Of a DNA stretch of 64,000 nt, positions 1-10,874 are shown piece by piece (within the stretch, counting starts at the first letter, position 1; every line of letters starts with the position of its first letter). The notes beneath the pieces were generated by a model. It made no database searches and was not told the DNA's origin. It saw only the letters and a program-made list of their open reading frames with translations. A program made the position numbers and the translations under genes. Source of the DNA: an uncultured Phycisphaerales bacterium (GTDB taxonomy: Bacteria; Planctomycetota; Phycisphaerae; Sedimentisphaerales; Anaerobacaceae); assembly GCA_963772725.1 (NCBI GenBank), contig CAVYYI010000005.1, forward strand, positions 32,001-96,000, in the 5' to 3' direction.

Positions 1-222
1 GCCGCGTGCGTCCCCGCCATTTTTTATTATATTCGTCACAAAAGCAATAACGCGATACTGGCGTTTGCTTACAGCATATTCTGGGTTACCGCATTATCAT
101 GGATTGGTTTATATTCTATACTTACCGTGCATAATGACAGGTGGCTGACCAGAGATATTAACACTGCTGAGCCTACCGGCACAACAAATCCGGCAGAATT
201 AACAACCCGTTCAGTAGCATAG
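1..222 (+). CDS. 3' end of a GT2 glycosyltransferase, hyaluronan synthase/NodC-like (partial)
   Basis: Frame 1 is open from base 1 to TAG at 220-222 and reads AACVPAIFYYIRHK...AYSIFWVTALSWIGLYSILTVHNDRWLTRD. TM helices followed by a WxTR motif are typical of HAS/chitin-synthase-like C-termini. Confidence 0.6.
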   Translation, partial: AACVPAIFYYIRHKSNNAILAFAYSIFWVTALSWIGLYSILTVHNDRWLTRDINTAEPTGTTNPAELTTRSVA

Positions 223-244
223 GTATTAGCTGCCGCAAGCGATT

Positions 245-1267
245 TTATTCTTCTGATTCGCTTTGAATATTGTTGAGCTGGAGTCCAAAACGGTCGAGTT
301 TTTTCTGACCGTCCTCATATTGACCGTAAGCGTTCCGCAGATGTTTGCCGAGTACCTCCCAGTTGCCTGCGAAATCGGCAAATGAAGCGTTCAGTTTTTT
401 GAGGTTCTGGCGAATTTCAGCGGCCTGTTTTTCAATCTGCAAACCGTGCAGCCCCATAACTACCGTCATCAGATACGTATATAACAAATTCGGTGAAACA
501 GGTATCACTTTTTTCTCAATCGCATATTGCATAAGGTCTTTATCTTCGCCGATGAATTTGACAATTGTTTCGTAATAGACATTTTCGGCCGGTATATACA
601 TCAGAGCAAAATCGAGCGTTCCCTCGGCGGGCCTGATATAACTATCCGCGATTTTGTCGATATGAATAATCACATCTTTTAGGAACTGTTTTCTCAGGCG
701 GCTCTTTTCATCATCACCGCAAGCGGTCATAAGCCGTTCGAACGTCGGGAGCGGAAACTTCGCGTCCACAGGCACAGAGTACTCCGCCAGTTTTATCAGG
801 GCGTCAACTTTCTGACCGTCTCTGAAAGAGTATTGCAGTTCATAGTTATTATTTGGCAGAATTTGGCTGAGAAGATTTTCGAGGGACCATTCACCCATCT
901 GACCTCGCAGTTTGGGGCTGCTGAGAATATCCTGCAAGCGCCTTATTTCGCTTCCAACCTGGAGCATTTGCTTATTTGTCCCCTGCAGTTCGCCGACCTG
1001 TGTATTCAACTGGCTTAGAACCCGCTGACTGGACTGCAAATTCTGATTGAGGCTTTCCTGGCCCGTCTGCAAAGATTTCTGCATGGTTTCCCGCAGGGCA
1101 TCCTGAGCGGTTTTAAGAGTGCCAAGCTGCTGAGCGAGCATATTAATGCCCGTCGCCTGCCCGCTGATTTCCTTTCTGGCCTCGAAACTGGCGGTTATAA
1201 GCCACACCATAAGACCAGCGATAACCAGGACTAAAACTGTTATTATGCTAAGAATTATCCATTCCAT
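245..1267 (-). CDS. rmuC: DNA recombination protein RmuC
   Basis: N-terminal TM helix, coiled coil, and motifs RGQMGEWSLE, PVDAKFP, GTLDFALMYIPAENVYYE and VSP. Confidence 0.9.
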   Translation of the reverse strand: MEWIILSIITVLVLVIAGLMVWLITASFEARKEISGQATGINMLAQQLGTLKTAQDALRETMQKSLQTGQESLNQNLQSSQRVLSQLNTQVGELQGTNKQMLQVGSEIRRLQDILSSPKLRGQMGEWSLENLLSQILPNNNYELQYSFRDGQKVDALIKLAEYSVPVDAKFPLPTFERLMTACGDDEKSRLRKQFLKDVIIHIDKIADSYIRPAEGTLDFALMYIPAENVYYETIVKFIGEDKDLMQYAIEKKVIPVSPNLLYTYLMTVVMGLHGLQIEKQAAEIRQNLKKLNASFADFAGNWEVLGKHLRNAYGQYEDGQKKLDRFGLQLNNIQSESEE

Positions 1268-1294
1268 TTTTCATATCCTTAAAAAATCGTTTCG

Positions 1295-1323
1295 ATTATA
1301 ACCTTTACTTTCTCCGCCGTCAA
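1295..1323 (-). promoter_or_regulatory. sigma70 promoter for rmuC
   Basis: Minus strand reads TTGACG-17 nt-TATAAT just upstream of the ATG. Confidence 0.7.
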
Positions 1324-1447
1324 AAGGGTTGATAAATCAATATGGGCGAAAATTGCTTAGTTTGACATTTAACCACTTTTGGAGTATATTTATTACAACA
1401 GTACGCAAGACACCTTGCGACGAAGAAAATATCTGCAGGAGTTTTCT

Positions 1448-2665
1448 ATGAAAATATCGACGATGCGACGAATCGACCGTTTGGTTGGCAGGCCGATATG
1501 TTTTATTCTGACCGTCTTCCGCAAGTGCCGTGAAGTGTTTCCGCGAAAACCTCAATCCCCAAAAATCCGAAGCATGCTTTTTGTAAAACTTGCCGAACAG
1601 GGAGCAACAGTTCTGGCAGATACGGCTATTCGTCAGGCGATAAAAATGGTTGGAAAAGAAAATGTATATTTTATGGCATTTGAGCAAAACCGTTTTATCA
1701 TCGACGTGATGAATATTATTCCTGAAAAGAATGTCATACCTATTCCGAACGGTAATTTTATTTCGATGGTTTTCGGTACAATAGGAGCGTTACGGCAGAT
1801 TAGGAGACTGAATATTGACGCGGCAGTTGACTTTGAATTTTTCGCGAGGAGTTCGGCAATTCTGAGTTATTTGAGCGGAGCGAAGACATGTGTGGGACTT
1901 CACGGTTTTGTGGAAGGGTCACCTTATCGCGGCGATTTAATGACGCATAGGCTGAACTATAACCCGCATCTGCACACCAGTGTGATGTTTGAAACAATGG
2001 TTGAAGCGATTAACCTGCCAGCCAAAGACACACCGAGACTCAATATAGACCTGCCGGAACCACGAAATATCGAATCACACTTTAAGCCCGGTGAAGATGA
2101 ATTAAATGAGTTCAAGGCCATTCTCAAAAGACAGGCGGGGACAGATAATTATTCTCCGCTGATACTGCTTAACGCTAACGCTTCGGATATGCTGCCTCTG
2201 CGCCGCTGGCCTGCCAAGCGGTATATTGAGCTTGCGCGGCGATTACTTGAAAAATCTCCCACAGCGCACGTGGCCTTTACCGGCGCTCCCGATGAAGTCA
2301 AACATTCGCAAAAGCTGGTCGAGGAAGTCGGCTCACCGCGGTGTTTTTCGATGACAGGCAAAACAACTCTGCGGCAACTGATGCTCTTGTATAGCCTCGC
2401 CGATGTACTTGTAACCAACGACAGTGGGCCAGCACATTTCGCTACGCTGACGGACATTCAGGTAATAACATTGTTTGGACCTGAAACGCCTAAACTGTTT
2501 GGCGCAATTACTCCCCGCTCACATATCATCTGGAAGAATATACCGTGCAGCCCGTGCGTAAACGCGTATAATAACCGGTTTTCGACCTGCGACAATAATA
2601 TCTGTATGCAGCAAATCAGCGTTGACGAGGTTTTCGATTTGGTCTGCGGACTGTGTAACCTGTAA
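1448..2665 (+). CDS. Glycosyltransferase family 9 (ADP-heptose:LPS heptosyltransferase-like)
   Basis: Motifs RRWP, GKTTLRQL, VTNDSGPAHFA, LFGP and CSPC...C...CM; preceded by TTGACA-18-TATATT at ~1362-1391. Confidence 0.85.
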   Translation: MKISTMRRIDRLVGRPICFILTVFRKCREVFPRKPQSPKIRSMLFVKLAEQGATVLADTAIRQAIKMVGKENVYFMAFEQNRFIIDVMNIIPEKNVIPIPNGNFISMVFGTIGALRQIRRLNIDAAVDFEFFARSSAILSYLSGAKTCVGLHGFVEGSPYRGDLMTHRLNYNPHLHTSVMFETMVEAINLPAKDTPRLNIDLPEPRNIESHFKPGEDELNEFKAILKRQAGTDNYSPLILLNANASDMLPLRRWPAKRYIELARRLLEKSPTAHVAFTGAPDEVKHSQKLVEEVGSPRCFSMTGKTTLRQLMLLYSLADVLVTNDSGPAHFATLTDIQVITLFGPETPKLFGAITPRSHIIWKNIPCSPCVNAYNNRFSTCDNNICMQQISVDEVFDLVCGLCNL

Positions 2666-2666
2666 T

Positions 2667-4247
2667 ATGGAAAATACCGCACTTAAAGAGCGATTTAAAA
2701 AACCAACGTTGTACGCCATAATCCTGGCCGTTATCGCTGCAGCGTTATACCTACCCACACTTACGGCCGGTTTAGTTTATGATGACACTGCGCAGATACT
2801 AACCAATAATTATATTCATAATCCATCTCACTTCATCGACGTGCTTACTTTGTCTTCGATGAAAAAGGATATACTCGATAATAACAGGCCTGTTATGGTG
2901 CTGTCGCTGATGCTCGACGCGATGCTGTGGGGGCGCAACCCTGTCGGCTATCACCTGACTAATCTGCTGCTTCACGCTCTTAATGCCTTATTGCTTTTTT
3001 GGGTGATTTATAAGATTTTCGTCAGGCTGTTTCCTCAAAACAGCAAAAATATCGGCCCCTTGCCAGCGGCATTTGCCGCGGTATTACTTTTCACGGTACA
3101 TCCAGCCAATAGTGAAGCTGTCTGCGTTGTAACATTCAGAGAAGACCTCCTGGCAACATTCTTTACGCTGCTGGTTCTTATCCTGGCTGAAGTATTTCCG
3201 TCACAGAAAATTTCAACAAATCTGCTGCTGGGAGTTATGATAACATTTTTTATTTTTGCTGCCGCAGCAGCGAAGGAAAACGGAGTTATCGCGCCGCTAT
3301 TTTTGTTTGCGTACTGGCTTATTGTTCGAAGGCACACTCAATGGCGTTCATGGACAATATTAATTACAGCCAGTTTTTTCGCGGTTCTGGTTTTTATGAT
3401 TGCCCGCTTTACGTTTGTTCCTTCCCAGTCAGTGGTTTTTACCGGCAAAGCTTTATACCTTGGCGGCTCATTCTCACAGATGCTGAATATTCAGCCGCTA
3501 ATATGGACTTTTCAACTGCTTGAGCTTATATGGCCTAAACTATTGTGCGCAGACCATACACCTTCTTCTATAAGTTTCATAACTCCATCTGGGGCATTCG
3601 TAACGTTAGCTGGTGTAATTGTAATAGTCGCACTTTTCTGCTGGAAAAATAAAGGCTTTTTCCTCGGAACAATATTTTGTTTTCTGGCGATGCTGCCGAC
3701 ATCAAATCTTGTTCCCATATACAATCCGGTGGCGGATAGATACCTCTATCTTCCGATGATTGGAATTTGTATGGCTTTGGGTGCGATAATCTGCCGGTTG
3801 AAAATACCAACAAAACCGCTTCTTATTTTAACAATAATCGCAGCCGCGGCAGTTTATATATTTTTAAGTTCATTTACGATTCAGCGGGTGCGCGTATGGC
3901 ATAACAGCCTTTCCCTCTGGCAGGATACAATTACGAAGAATCCTACTTCGGCCACTGGTTACGATAATCTCGGCTTTGCCCTTTACGACGCGGGCGAATA
4001 TCGCAAGGCTGTACCAATTTTCAAAAGAGCCTGTGAACTTGGACCTCATAACGCGGACCCATTTGCGGGATTAGCGATTACTTATGACGCATTAGGTCAG
4101 ACCACTTTCGCTGATGAGGTCTTTCGTAAAGCTGTTTCCCTGAATAAGACTTACGCGAATTATGACAGCCTTATGCAAACGCTTCTCTGGGAACCACGTC
4201 AGGCAAAAAAACTCCAGTTAATCGCCGAGCGTGTTTTCAAAAGATAA
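2667..4247 (+). CDS. TMTC-like GT-C membrane protein with C-terminal TPR repeats
   Basis: Motifs VYDD, RP, GYHLTNLLLH, LFTVHP..SEAV, KE and ADRYLYLP, followed by W...LSLW and TPR repeats. Confidence 0.8.
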   Translation: MENTALKERFKKPTLYAIILAVIAAALYLPTLTAGLVYDDTAQILTNNYIHNPSHFIDVLTLSSMKKDILDNNRPVMVLSLMLDAMLWGRNPVGYHLTNLLLHALNALLLFWVIYKIFVRLFPQNSKNIGPLPAAFAAVLLFTVHPANSEAVCVVTFREDLLATFFTLLVLILAEVFPSQKISTNLLLGVMITFFIFAAAAAKENGVIAPLFLFAYWLIVRRHTQWRSWTILITASFFAVLVFMIARFTFVPSQSVVFTGKALYLGGSFSQMLNIQPLIWTFQLLELIWPKLLCADHTPSSISFITPSGAFVTLAGVIVIVALFCWKNKGFFLGTIFCFLAMLPTSNLVPIYNPVADRYLYLPMIGICMALGAIICRLKIPTKPLLILTIIAAAAVYIFLSSFTIQRVRVWHNSLSLWQDTITKNPTSATGYDNLGFALYDAGEYRKAVPIFKRACELGPHNADPFAGLAITYDALGQTTFADEVFRKAVSLNKTYANYDSLMQTLLWEPRQAKKLQLIAERVFKR

Positions 4248-4565
4248 AGTCCGCAAAATTCTTATATATCCAATGGTATAGAATAACTTTCAGCGACAAG
4301 ACCAACAAACTCATAATTCAAACACAGGGTTTTCTAAGTGGTTCTGGGAATCGATATTACATTAGCATTAAAAATGACTTACGAAACTGGCAGAGAATCA
4401 GGCAAGTGCCGACAGAACGCCAGACGAGCAAGTTTTGTGCGCTCGCACTGATTCGCCTATACTGGCAGGACTATTCTAAAGATTTTGAGGTTTTACAACT
4501 ACGACCATACGGTTGTAATGAGGTACTCCAACCTACCTCGGCTAAATCTGGTTTTCTGCAGACCT

Positions 4566-4886
4566 TTACCCAATATTACAAATCTGCGCCATACCTTCTT
4601 TCTGTCCATTGAGTTTTTGTGTCATGAGCCGGCCCATCTTGAACTTGACTATACGCTTGGCCGGAACCTGAACTTTTTCCAGGGTTTTTGGGTTTTGTGC
4701 AATCCTGGCAGATCGGTTCCTGATTTCAAAAACACCAAAGCCACGAAATTCCAAGCGGTTGCCCCTCGAAAGCTCAGCAATAATCCCATTGAGAAACGAC
4801 TGAATTACAGATCTAAGCACCGCGTGCTTAATTTGTGCTCTCTCTGTAATGCAGTCGATTAGCTCTTTTTTCGTAACTGTTGCCAT
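4566..4886 (-). CDS. HU/IHF-family DNA-binding protein
   Basis: Motifs TKKELID, EFRGFGVF, ARIAQNPKT and KFKMG. Confidence 0.9.
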   Translation of the reverse strand: MATVTKKELIDCITERAQIKHAVLRSVIQSFLNGIIAELSRGNRLEFRGFGVFEIRNRSARIAQNPKTLEKVQVPAKRIVKFKMGRLMTQKLNGQKEGMAQICNIG

Positions 4887-4936
4887 GATAGAACTATCTC
4901 CTACGGTTATATTGTCATATTTTTTATATATGCTCT

Positions 4937-5281
4937 TTATCTTACAGTAAGAACAGAGTTAAATTCACCATAAGGATTAGGTTCGGTCGCATTATTGCGG
5001 GGGTCCTGCTGCCACTGTCCGTCAACAACAAGACGGTAGTGATAAGTACCCGCAGGCAGGAGCATCTTGGTCTTCCATGAGCCGCCCGGGGTGGTTCTTT
5101 TCATGGGTGTTCGTTCAGGCTGCCAGTTGTTAAACTCTCCGGCGACCTGCACGATGCGTGCCGACGGAAACGATGCACAGAAGTTAACGCCGTCCTGCAT
5201 TTGTCTAACGCCATAGAATTCGCCGACTTCCTGCCTGGTCATAATGTCGCTTACGCTTGTTTTAGTTTTTAACACTTTCAT
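4937..5281 (-). CDS. Glycogen-binding (CBM48/AMPK-beta-like) domain protein
   Basis: Motifs VAGEFNNW, LPAGTYHYRLVVDGQW and DP.N...NPYGEFNSVL. Confidence 0.85.
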   Translation of the reverse strand: MKVLKTKTSVSDIMTRQEVGEFYGVRQMQDGVNFCASFPSARIVQVAGEFNNWQPERTPMKRTTPGGSWKTKMLLPAGTYHYRLVVDGQWQQDPRNNATEPNPYGEFNSVLTVR

Positions 5282-6573
5282 ATCTAATTCCTTTCTCAAA
5301 AATAAAATTACTGTCACTTTTCCTTGAAATATTTCGTTTTGAACAAATTTGTACAATATTAGTATCGTTAAATTCTTTTTCTTTTTCATGCAGCGCCATT
5401 GTGCAGCGGGAATTCAGGTTGTCCATAATATTCATAAAGTTGATATATGCGTCATAAGGCGAATCGTAAGGGTTGAAGTATTTATGCACGTCGCCGTCAG
5501 AAAACCACTTTGTGCACATATAGTAAAAGTGGTCCGAGGTCTGGAGTTTTCGCCAGTCTCTTATGATGGATTCATTAGCGGTGCTTTTGACTTTTTCCTC
5601 GAGCCTGTAGAGTTCTGTAAGGGCGTTTTGCTGCATAGAGTTGCCCAGCCACGCCGAAAGGTCTCGCTCGATATCTGCCCAGCTTACTGTATATGGAACA
5701 TCGACCGCATCAACCGAATTATAGGCGGCAGAAACCTCGCTGGGGGTTTTGAAATTGTTATCCGGGTGCTTAAGTATTTCTTCGGGAAGGTGCCGCAGAA
5801 AATTAAATATCCCTGTATCTTCCCATTGATGCTCACCAAACGTCTCATAGTCCATAAAAAGATTGACAACATATCCGCAGCCATTAACGTCATTTACCCA
5901 GTTTGCAAATTTATCAGCAGTCAGCGGCCATCTGCTCCATTGATGGTTGGAAAATCTGAACGCAATGTCGTCGCTAAGCTTGTAGTTTTTAAGCAGCAGC
6001 TTCAACCGTTTGCATCCCGGCGGATTATACACAAAATTCGGACTTCTGTAGCCGAGAATATGGTCGGCGCCTTCGGCCAGTATCGAATCAAAACCGCCTA
6101 TTCTCTCGATTAGTTCAGCCAGCCGGTTATTATAGATAAGCTCGGTGTTGCGGAAAACTCTTGGCGTCTGGCCAAAAAGTTTCTTTATAATTTGTTTGTG
6201 GGCGTCAATCTGCTCTATAAATTCATTATGCGAATAAAGAGAGCTTAGACTATGGTAATAAGTCTCGGCGAGAAATTCCACGCAGCCAGTCTTTGCAAGT
6301 TCCTGAAAACTCTTTATCACCTCCGGGGCGTACATCTGGAGCTGTTCGAGCAGAACGCCGGTTATACTGTAGGAAATCCTGAATTTTCCGTTATATTTTT
6401 TTATCAAGATCGAGCATAACTGTGTTGGTCGGCAGGTAACATTTATCCGCAACTTTTCTGCATATCATTGCGTTTTTGCCGTCGTCAAAATAGTTGCTGT
6501 CTTCGTCGAAAACAGTATAGTTCCGCAACCTAAAGGGCTGATGAACCTGAAAATAAAAACATACCGTCACCAT
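5262..6573 (-). CDS. GH57 alpha-amylase/glucanotransferase (frameshift near 6400)
   Basis: N-terminal VCFYFQVHQPFRL (ORF 6391-6573) joins ETYYHSL, FRNTELIY and FMDYETFGEHQW (ORF 5262-6452). The shift falls at an A-run. Confidence 0.88.
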
Positions 6574-6598
6574 AAAATTTCCCCTGTTCCCTGATGTT

Positions 6599-7874
6599 TT
6601 ACGAACAGGCCAGCACCTGCCTGTAAATCCTGTTTATTTTCTCCGCCGAATCTTCCCAGTGGATTTTTCCTGATTCAGCGTATCCGTTTTCGCTAAGCGC
6701 CGTTCTTAGCGGATTATATTTCAAAACGGCAATCATTTTATTTGCCATCTGGTTTATGTCCCAGAAGTCAACTTTAAGGGCGTGGCTAAGCACTTCGCTT
6801 ACGCCGCTTTGTTTGCTTATCAGAACCGGCACGTTACGCCGCATAGCCTCAAGCGGGGTAATCCCGAAAGGTTCGGATACCGACGGCATTACGTACAAAT
6901 CGGCCATCTGGTATGCCCTGTCAACCTCTGCACTGTGCAGGAATTTCGTGAATAATACCTTGTGGCCGATGCCGAGATAAGCGGCATATTCGACCATTCG
7001 CCTCATCATATCGCCGTCGCCGGCCATAATAAATTTGACGTTGTTAATTTTCTCAAGCACCTTTTTAGCGGCGGCAAGAAAATACTCCGGACCCTTCTGC
7101 ATTGTGATTCGTCCCAGGAACAGAACAACTTTGTCGAGCTTGTTACCGTTTGACGTAGGCTGATGAACGTCTGCCGTTATATTCAACGCCATTATGGACA
7201 ACCTCAACCTTTTCTGCCGGTACGCCATAACGGCTGCTTATGATATTTTTTGTGTAGTTGCTCACGGCAATTATTTTGTCGGCCAGATGCATTCCCCGCC
7301 GCTCAATATCATATACCGTCTGATTCACGTTCTCTCCGCTACGGTCAAATTCCGTTGAGTGAACATGGACAACCAAGGGCTTTTTACTCAACTGTGCCGC
7401 CGCTATTCCCGCCGGATACGTCATCCAGTCGTGAGCGTGTATAATATCGAAATCCTCGATAGAGGCAATCTCTGCCACCTTTTGTGCGTAAAGATTAACC
7501 TCTTCGTGTATGTTGCGGCCGTAGTTCGCAGTCTGTTCCGAAGAACTAAACTGCCAGGTAGTGGTAGAACCTGTTTGTTTCCCAGACTGGCAGCCGCGAC
7601 TTGTGCCGCAGGAGTCATAAGGTTTCAGCGGCGAAGAAATTGTCTGGAAACGAATATTTTTAAATTCGCTGAATTCTTTTGTCTGAAGATGTCCTTCGGC
7701 GCTGAGCATTTTTACCGGGCTATCCTGACAGGCCTCACCTGCCCGGGGAAGAACAAAAGTAATCTCCAGACCCAGTTTGCTCATTGCTTTTGTAAGGCCA
7801 TAACAAGCCGTACCTAATCCGCCGCTGATAAAAGGCGGGAATTCCCAACCCAACATGAATGTTTTTACTTTCAT
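6599..7874 (-). CDS. GT4 glycosyltransferase, glycogen synthase-like (frameshift near 7145)
   Basis: MLGWEFPP..SGGLGTAC and IIHAHDWMT lie in one frame; LFLGRITMQKGP and PSVSEPFGITPLEA lie in the next. Confidence 0.88.
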
Positions 7875-8023
7875 AAATAAACTTTCCTCCAAATTGCTGG
7901 ACGATCTCTTAATTTTTTTGAGAATTTCTTCAGCAAGATGGAACAATTTATTGGAGGGGAAAGGTTGGAAAGGAAAGAATGCTCTCTAGCCCGTCTCTTC
8001 GAAAAACTATAAACTATAATATG

Positions 8024-8051
8024 ATTATCCACGCTTTGGATGTAATGTCAA
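8024..8051 (-). promoter_or_regulatory. sigma70 promoter for the GT4-GH57 cluster
   Basis: Minus strand reads TTGACA-16 nt-GATAAT. Confidence 0.55.
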
Positions 8052-8323
8052 GGGGAAAATAAAATATTTTGGATTATTTTTTACATTTATTTGGTTTTTC
8101 TTGCAACTCTGTTTAATTAGGACAGATTACCCACATTACCAGAGTTTAGCTTATTCTGAAAGTATTCTTAATATGACAGAATTTAGCTCTTGCGTCATTT
8201 ACAACTGCACCACAACCGAAAGGCTTGTTATTTACCAATTTTATAAAAAAACCCACAACATAACCGATGTTACATCAGTAAGTTATAAAAAATTGGTAAA
8301 CATTTTATCAATCTGTTTTACTG

Positions 8324-8974
8324 TTAGCGATTATGGTTTCCCCGTACCTGCGCCAGCCGTTCAGAGGCGAACTGCCAGTTAGCAAGCTTCATAAACGCAT
8401 CCACCCAGTCGCCACGGCGGTTCTGATACTTAAGATAATATGCATGCTCCCAAACGTCACAGACCAGCAGCGGCTGCACGCCCCAAATAGACAAATCCTG
8501 ATGCTTCTCAGCCTGCAGAATCAGAAGCTTGTCGGACAGCGGCTCATAAGCGAGAATACCCCACCCGCTTGCTTCAACATCTTTTGACGCGGCGGCAAAC
8601 TGCGACCTGCACGCATCGGCCGAACCAAAACTTTCCTTGATTGCCTTTTCAAGGTCGTTGCTGATTTCACTGCCGCCGGGATGCATCGAATGCCAGAACA
8701 GGGTATGCAGGATATGTCCGCTGCCGTGGAACGCCACAGCCTTTGACAGTGCCTTGATATCAGCGAAATTTTTTGTTTGCCTTGCCGCCTGAAGTTTGTC
8801 CAGAGCGGCATTAAGACCGCTGACATAGGCGGCGTGATGCTTGTCATGGTGCAGCCGAACTGTCTGCTCGTCATAAAGCGGCTCGAGGGCATTGTACGCG
8901 TAAGGCAATTCCGGCAGAACATATTTGCCCTCTTTGCACGCGCCGTAGTTTTGAATAGCTATTGCAGTTTGCAT
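8324..8974 (-). CDS. sod: Fe/Mn superoxide dismutase
   Basis: Motifs LPYAYNALEP, HHDKHH, HILHTLFW and DVWEHAYY. Confidence 0.95.
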   Translation of the reverse strand: MQTAIAIQNYGACKEGKYVLPELPYAYNALEPLYDEQTVRLHHDKHHAAYVSGLNAALDKLQAARQTKNFADIKALSKAVAFHGSGHILHTLFWHSMHPGGSEISNDLEKAIKESFGSADACRSQFAAASKDVEASGWGILAYEPLSDKLLILQAEKHQDLSIWGVQPLLVCDVWEHAYYLKYQNRRGDWVDAFMKLANWQFASERLAQVRGNHNR

Positions 8975-9019
8975 TGTATTACCCTTTCAAAATCCAATAA
9001 AATATTTTTTCAATGTGGT

Positions 9020-10000
9020 TTATTTCTCTATAAGCAGGACAATCTTTCCTCGCACATGGCCCGCCTCAATGAGCTGGTGCGCACGACGCGCTTCCGAGAG
9101 CGGCAGAACAATTTCAACTACAGGCCTGATTTTTCCCTCATCAACAAGTTTGGCAAGCTCATGCAGCTGGGCGGGGTTGGCCTGACCCCTGACATACGCC
9201 CGACGCATACCGTATTCAACCGCATCCTCAACAGCAGGCGAACTGACGATTGAAACTAAAATCCCATTTTTCCTGAGCACCTTCCATGACCTTTTCTGGG
9301 TGTCTCCACCCACCGTGTCCAATACAACATCAACGTCACTAACGACATCTTCGAATCGCGTCGCCTGGTAATCAATTACTTCATCAGCTCCCAGCGCCAG
9401 CACAAAGTCTTTATTGAGGTTGGAGGCCGTACCTATCACATAAGCATGGTTCCATTTTGCTAACTGTACCGCAAAACTCCCGACACCACCAGCAGCAGCG
9501 TGAATCAGCACTTTCTGACCTGCGCTGAGAGCGGCAATATCGAACAAGGACTGCCACGCCGTCAATCCTGCAATAGGAATCGCGGCGGCATGAATATGGT
9601 TTATGCTCTTTGGCTTAAACGCTATTTCTGACTCCCGCACGACAAGATACTCTGCGTAGGTCCCGTTTCTTGTAATGTCGGCACGCCCATAAACCTTATC
9701 GCCAATTTTAAATCTCGAATCCATATACCCATCGGCATGGACAACGCCAGAAAAATCCCATCCCAGAATCAGAGGCAACTTATAGTTAACCATATTCTTA
9801 AAATACCCCTGCCTGACCTTCCAGTCAATGGGGTTAACTCCTGCGGCACAAACTCGCACAAGAATTTCGCCTTTGCCCGGCCTGGGACGGTGAACATCGT
9901 CATAGCTTAGCACCTCCGGCCCACCGTATGTGTGTATCTGCACCGCTTTCATTGTAACACCGTTAAGAATCTTTTCCTTAATCAATTCAAGAGTATTCAT
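9020..10000 (-). CDS. NADP-dependent medium-chain oxidoreductase (quinone oxidoreductase-like)
   Basis: Motifs GVNPIDWK, LGWDFSG, LIHAAAGGVG and GHVRGKIVL; the start may be at 9952. Confidence 0.88.
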   Translation of the reverse strand: MNTLELIKEKILNGVTMKAVQIHTYGGPEVLSYDDVHRPRPGKGEILVRVCAAGVNPIDWKVRQGYFKNMVNYKLPLILGWDFSGVVHADGYMDSRFKIGDKVYGRADITRNGTYAEYLVVRESEIAFKPKSINHIHAAAIPIAGLTAWQSLFDIAALSAGQKVLIHAAAGGVGSFAVQLAKWNHAYVIGTASNLNKDFVLALGADEVIDYQATRFEDVVSDVDVVLDTVGGDTQKRSWKVLRKNGILVSIVSSPAVEDAVEYGMRRAYVRGQANPAQLHELAKLVDEGKIRPVVEIVLPLSEARRAHQLIEAGHVRGKIVLLIEK

Positions 10001-10274
10001 AGCCTGCCCCTTTAATAATTTTTTGCTTTAATACACCTTCAGCAGTCCAAAAACGGGCGATAAAATGCTCTCTTATCTTAATAAATACGCTTCTTCTGTA
10101 AATCAGGGGAGAGACTATTTCTTTCATCAGATAAATCACTTGCGTAAGATTGGGTAATACCTTACTTAGAAAAAATTTTAGATGGGTCCGACGAGCTCAC
10201 CACAAGTTTTCGATTGCCGATTTTCGATTTTTAATCCAAAATCTTCAGGCGACTTGGTGGGGAACCAGAATTCA

Positions 10275-10859
10275 TTATTTGCCGTTGTGCATAAGGCCGA
10301 GGACCTCACTTCTGCTGCGCGGGTCTTTTTTAAATATTCCACGAAGTGCGGAGGTAACCATAACAGAGCCTGGTTTTCTTATGCCTCGAATGGTTACACA
10401 ACTATGAGCGGCTTCGAGAACAACGGCGACACCCTGCGGCTTGAGATTGGTCATTATGAAGTCCGCAATCTGGGCGGTTAGGCGCTCCTGAAGCTGAAGC
10501 CGGCGGGCGAAAGTCTCCACGATGCGGGCAAGTTTGCTCACACCGAGAACCGAGCCGCTTGGCAGATACGCCACGTGAGCGCTGCCGATAAAAGGCATAA
10601 GGTGATGTTCGCAGATACTATAAAAAGGGATGTCTCGCAAGAGGACTATTTCATCATATTTTTCTGTAAAGATGCTGCGAAGATACTGCTTAGGGTCTTC
10701 TCTCATTCCAGCGAGAAGCTCAGTGTACATGGCGGCAACACGCTTGGGAGTGAGCCTTATGCCTTCACGGTTCACATCCTCGCCGACGGCTAAAAGAATC
10801 TCGCTGACGGCTTTTTCTATTCTTTTTGTATCAATGGCCTTGATTTTCTTCTTGTTCAT
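10275..10859 (-). CDS. folE: GTP cyclohydrolase I
   Basis: Motifs [25 protein letters not shown] and HSCVTIRG. Confidence 0.95.
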   Translation of the reverse strand: MNKKKIKAIDTKRIEKAVSEILLAVGEDVNREGIRLTPKRVAAMYTELLAGMREDPKQYLRSIFTEKYDEIVLLRDIPFYSICEHHLMPFIGSAHVAYLPSGSVLGVSKLARIVETFARRLQLQERLTAQIADFIMTNLKPQGVAVVLEAAHSCVTIRGIRKPGSVMVTSALRGIFKKDPRSRSEVLGLMHNGK

Positions 10860-10874
10860 TTTACTTTTTACCTT

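Noticed and set aside
8025..8033. DnaA-box-like TTATCCACG in an AT-rich intergenic region (possible oriC)
   Set aside because: It is a single imperfect box overlapping a -10 element, with no cluster and no dnaA. A perfect box near 42699 lies inside gyrB.
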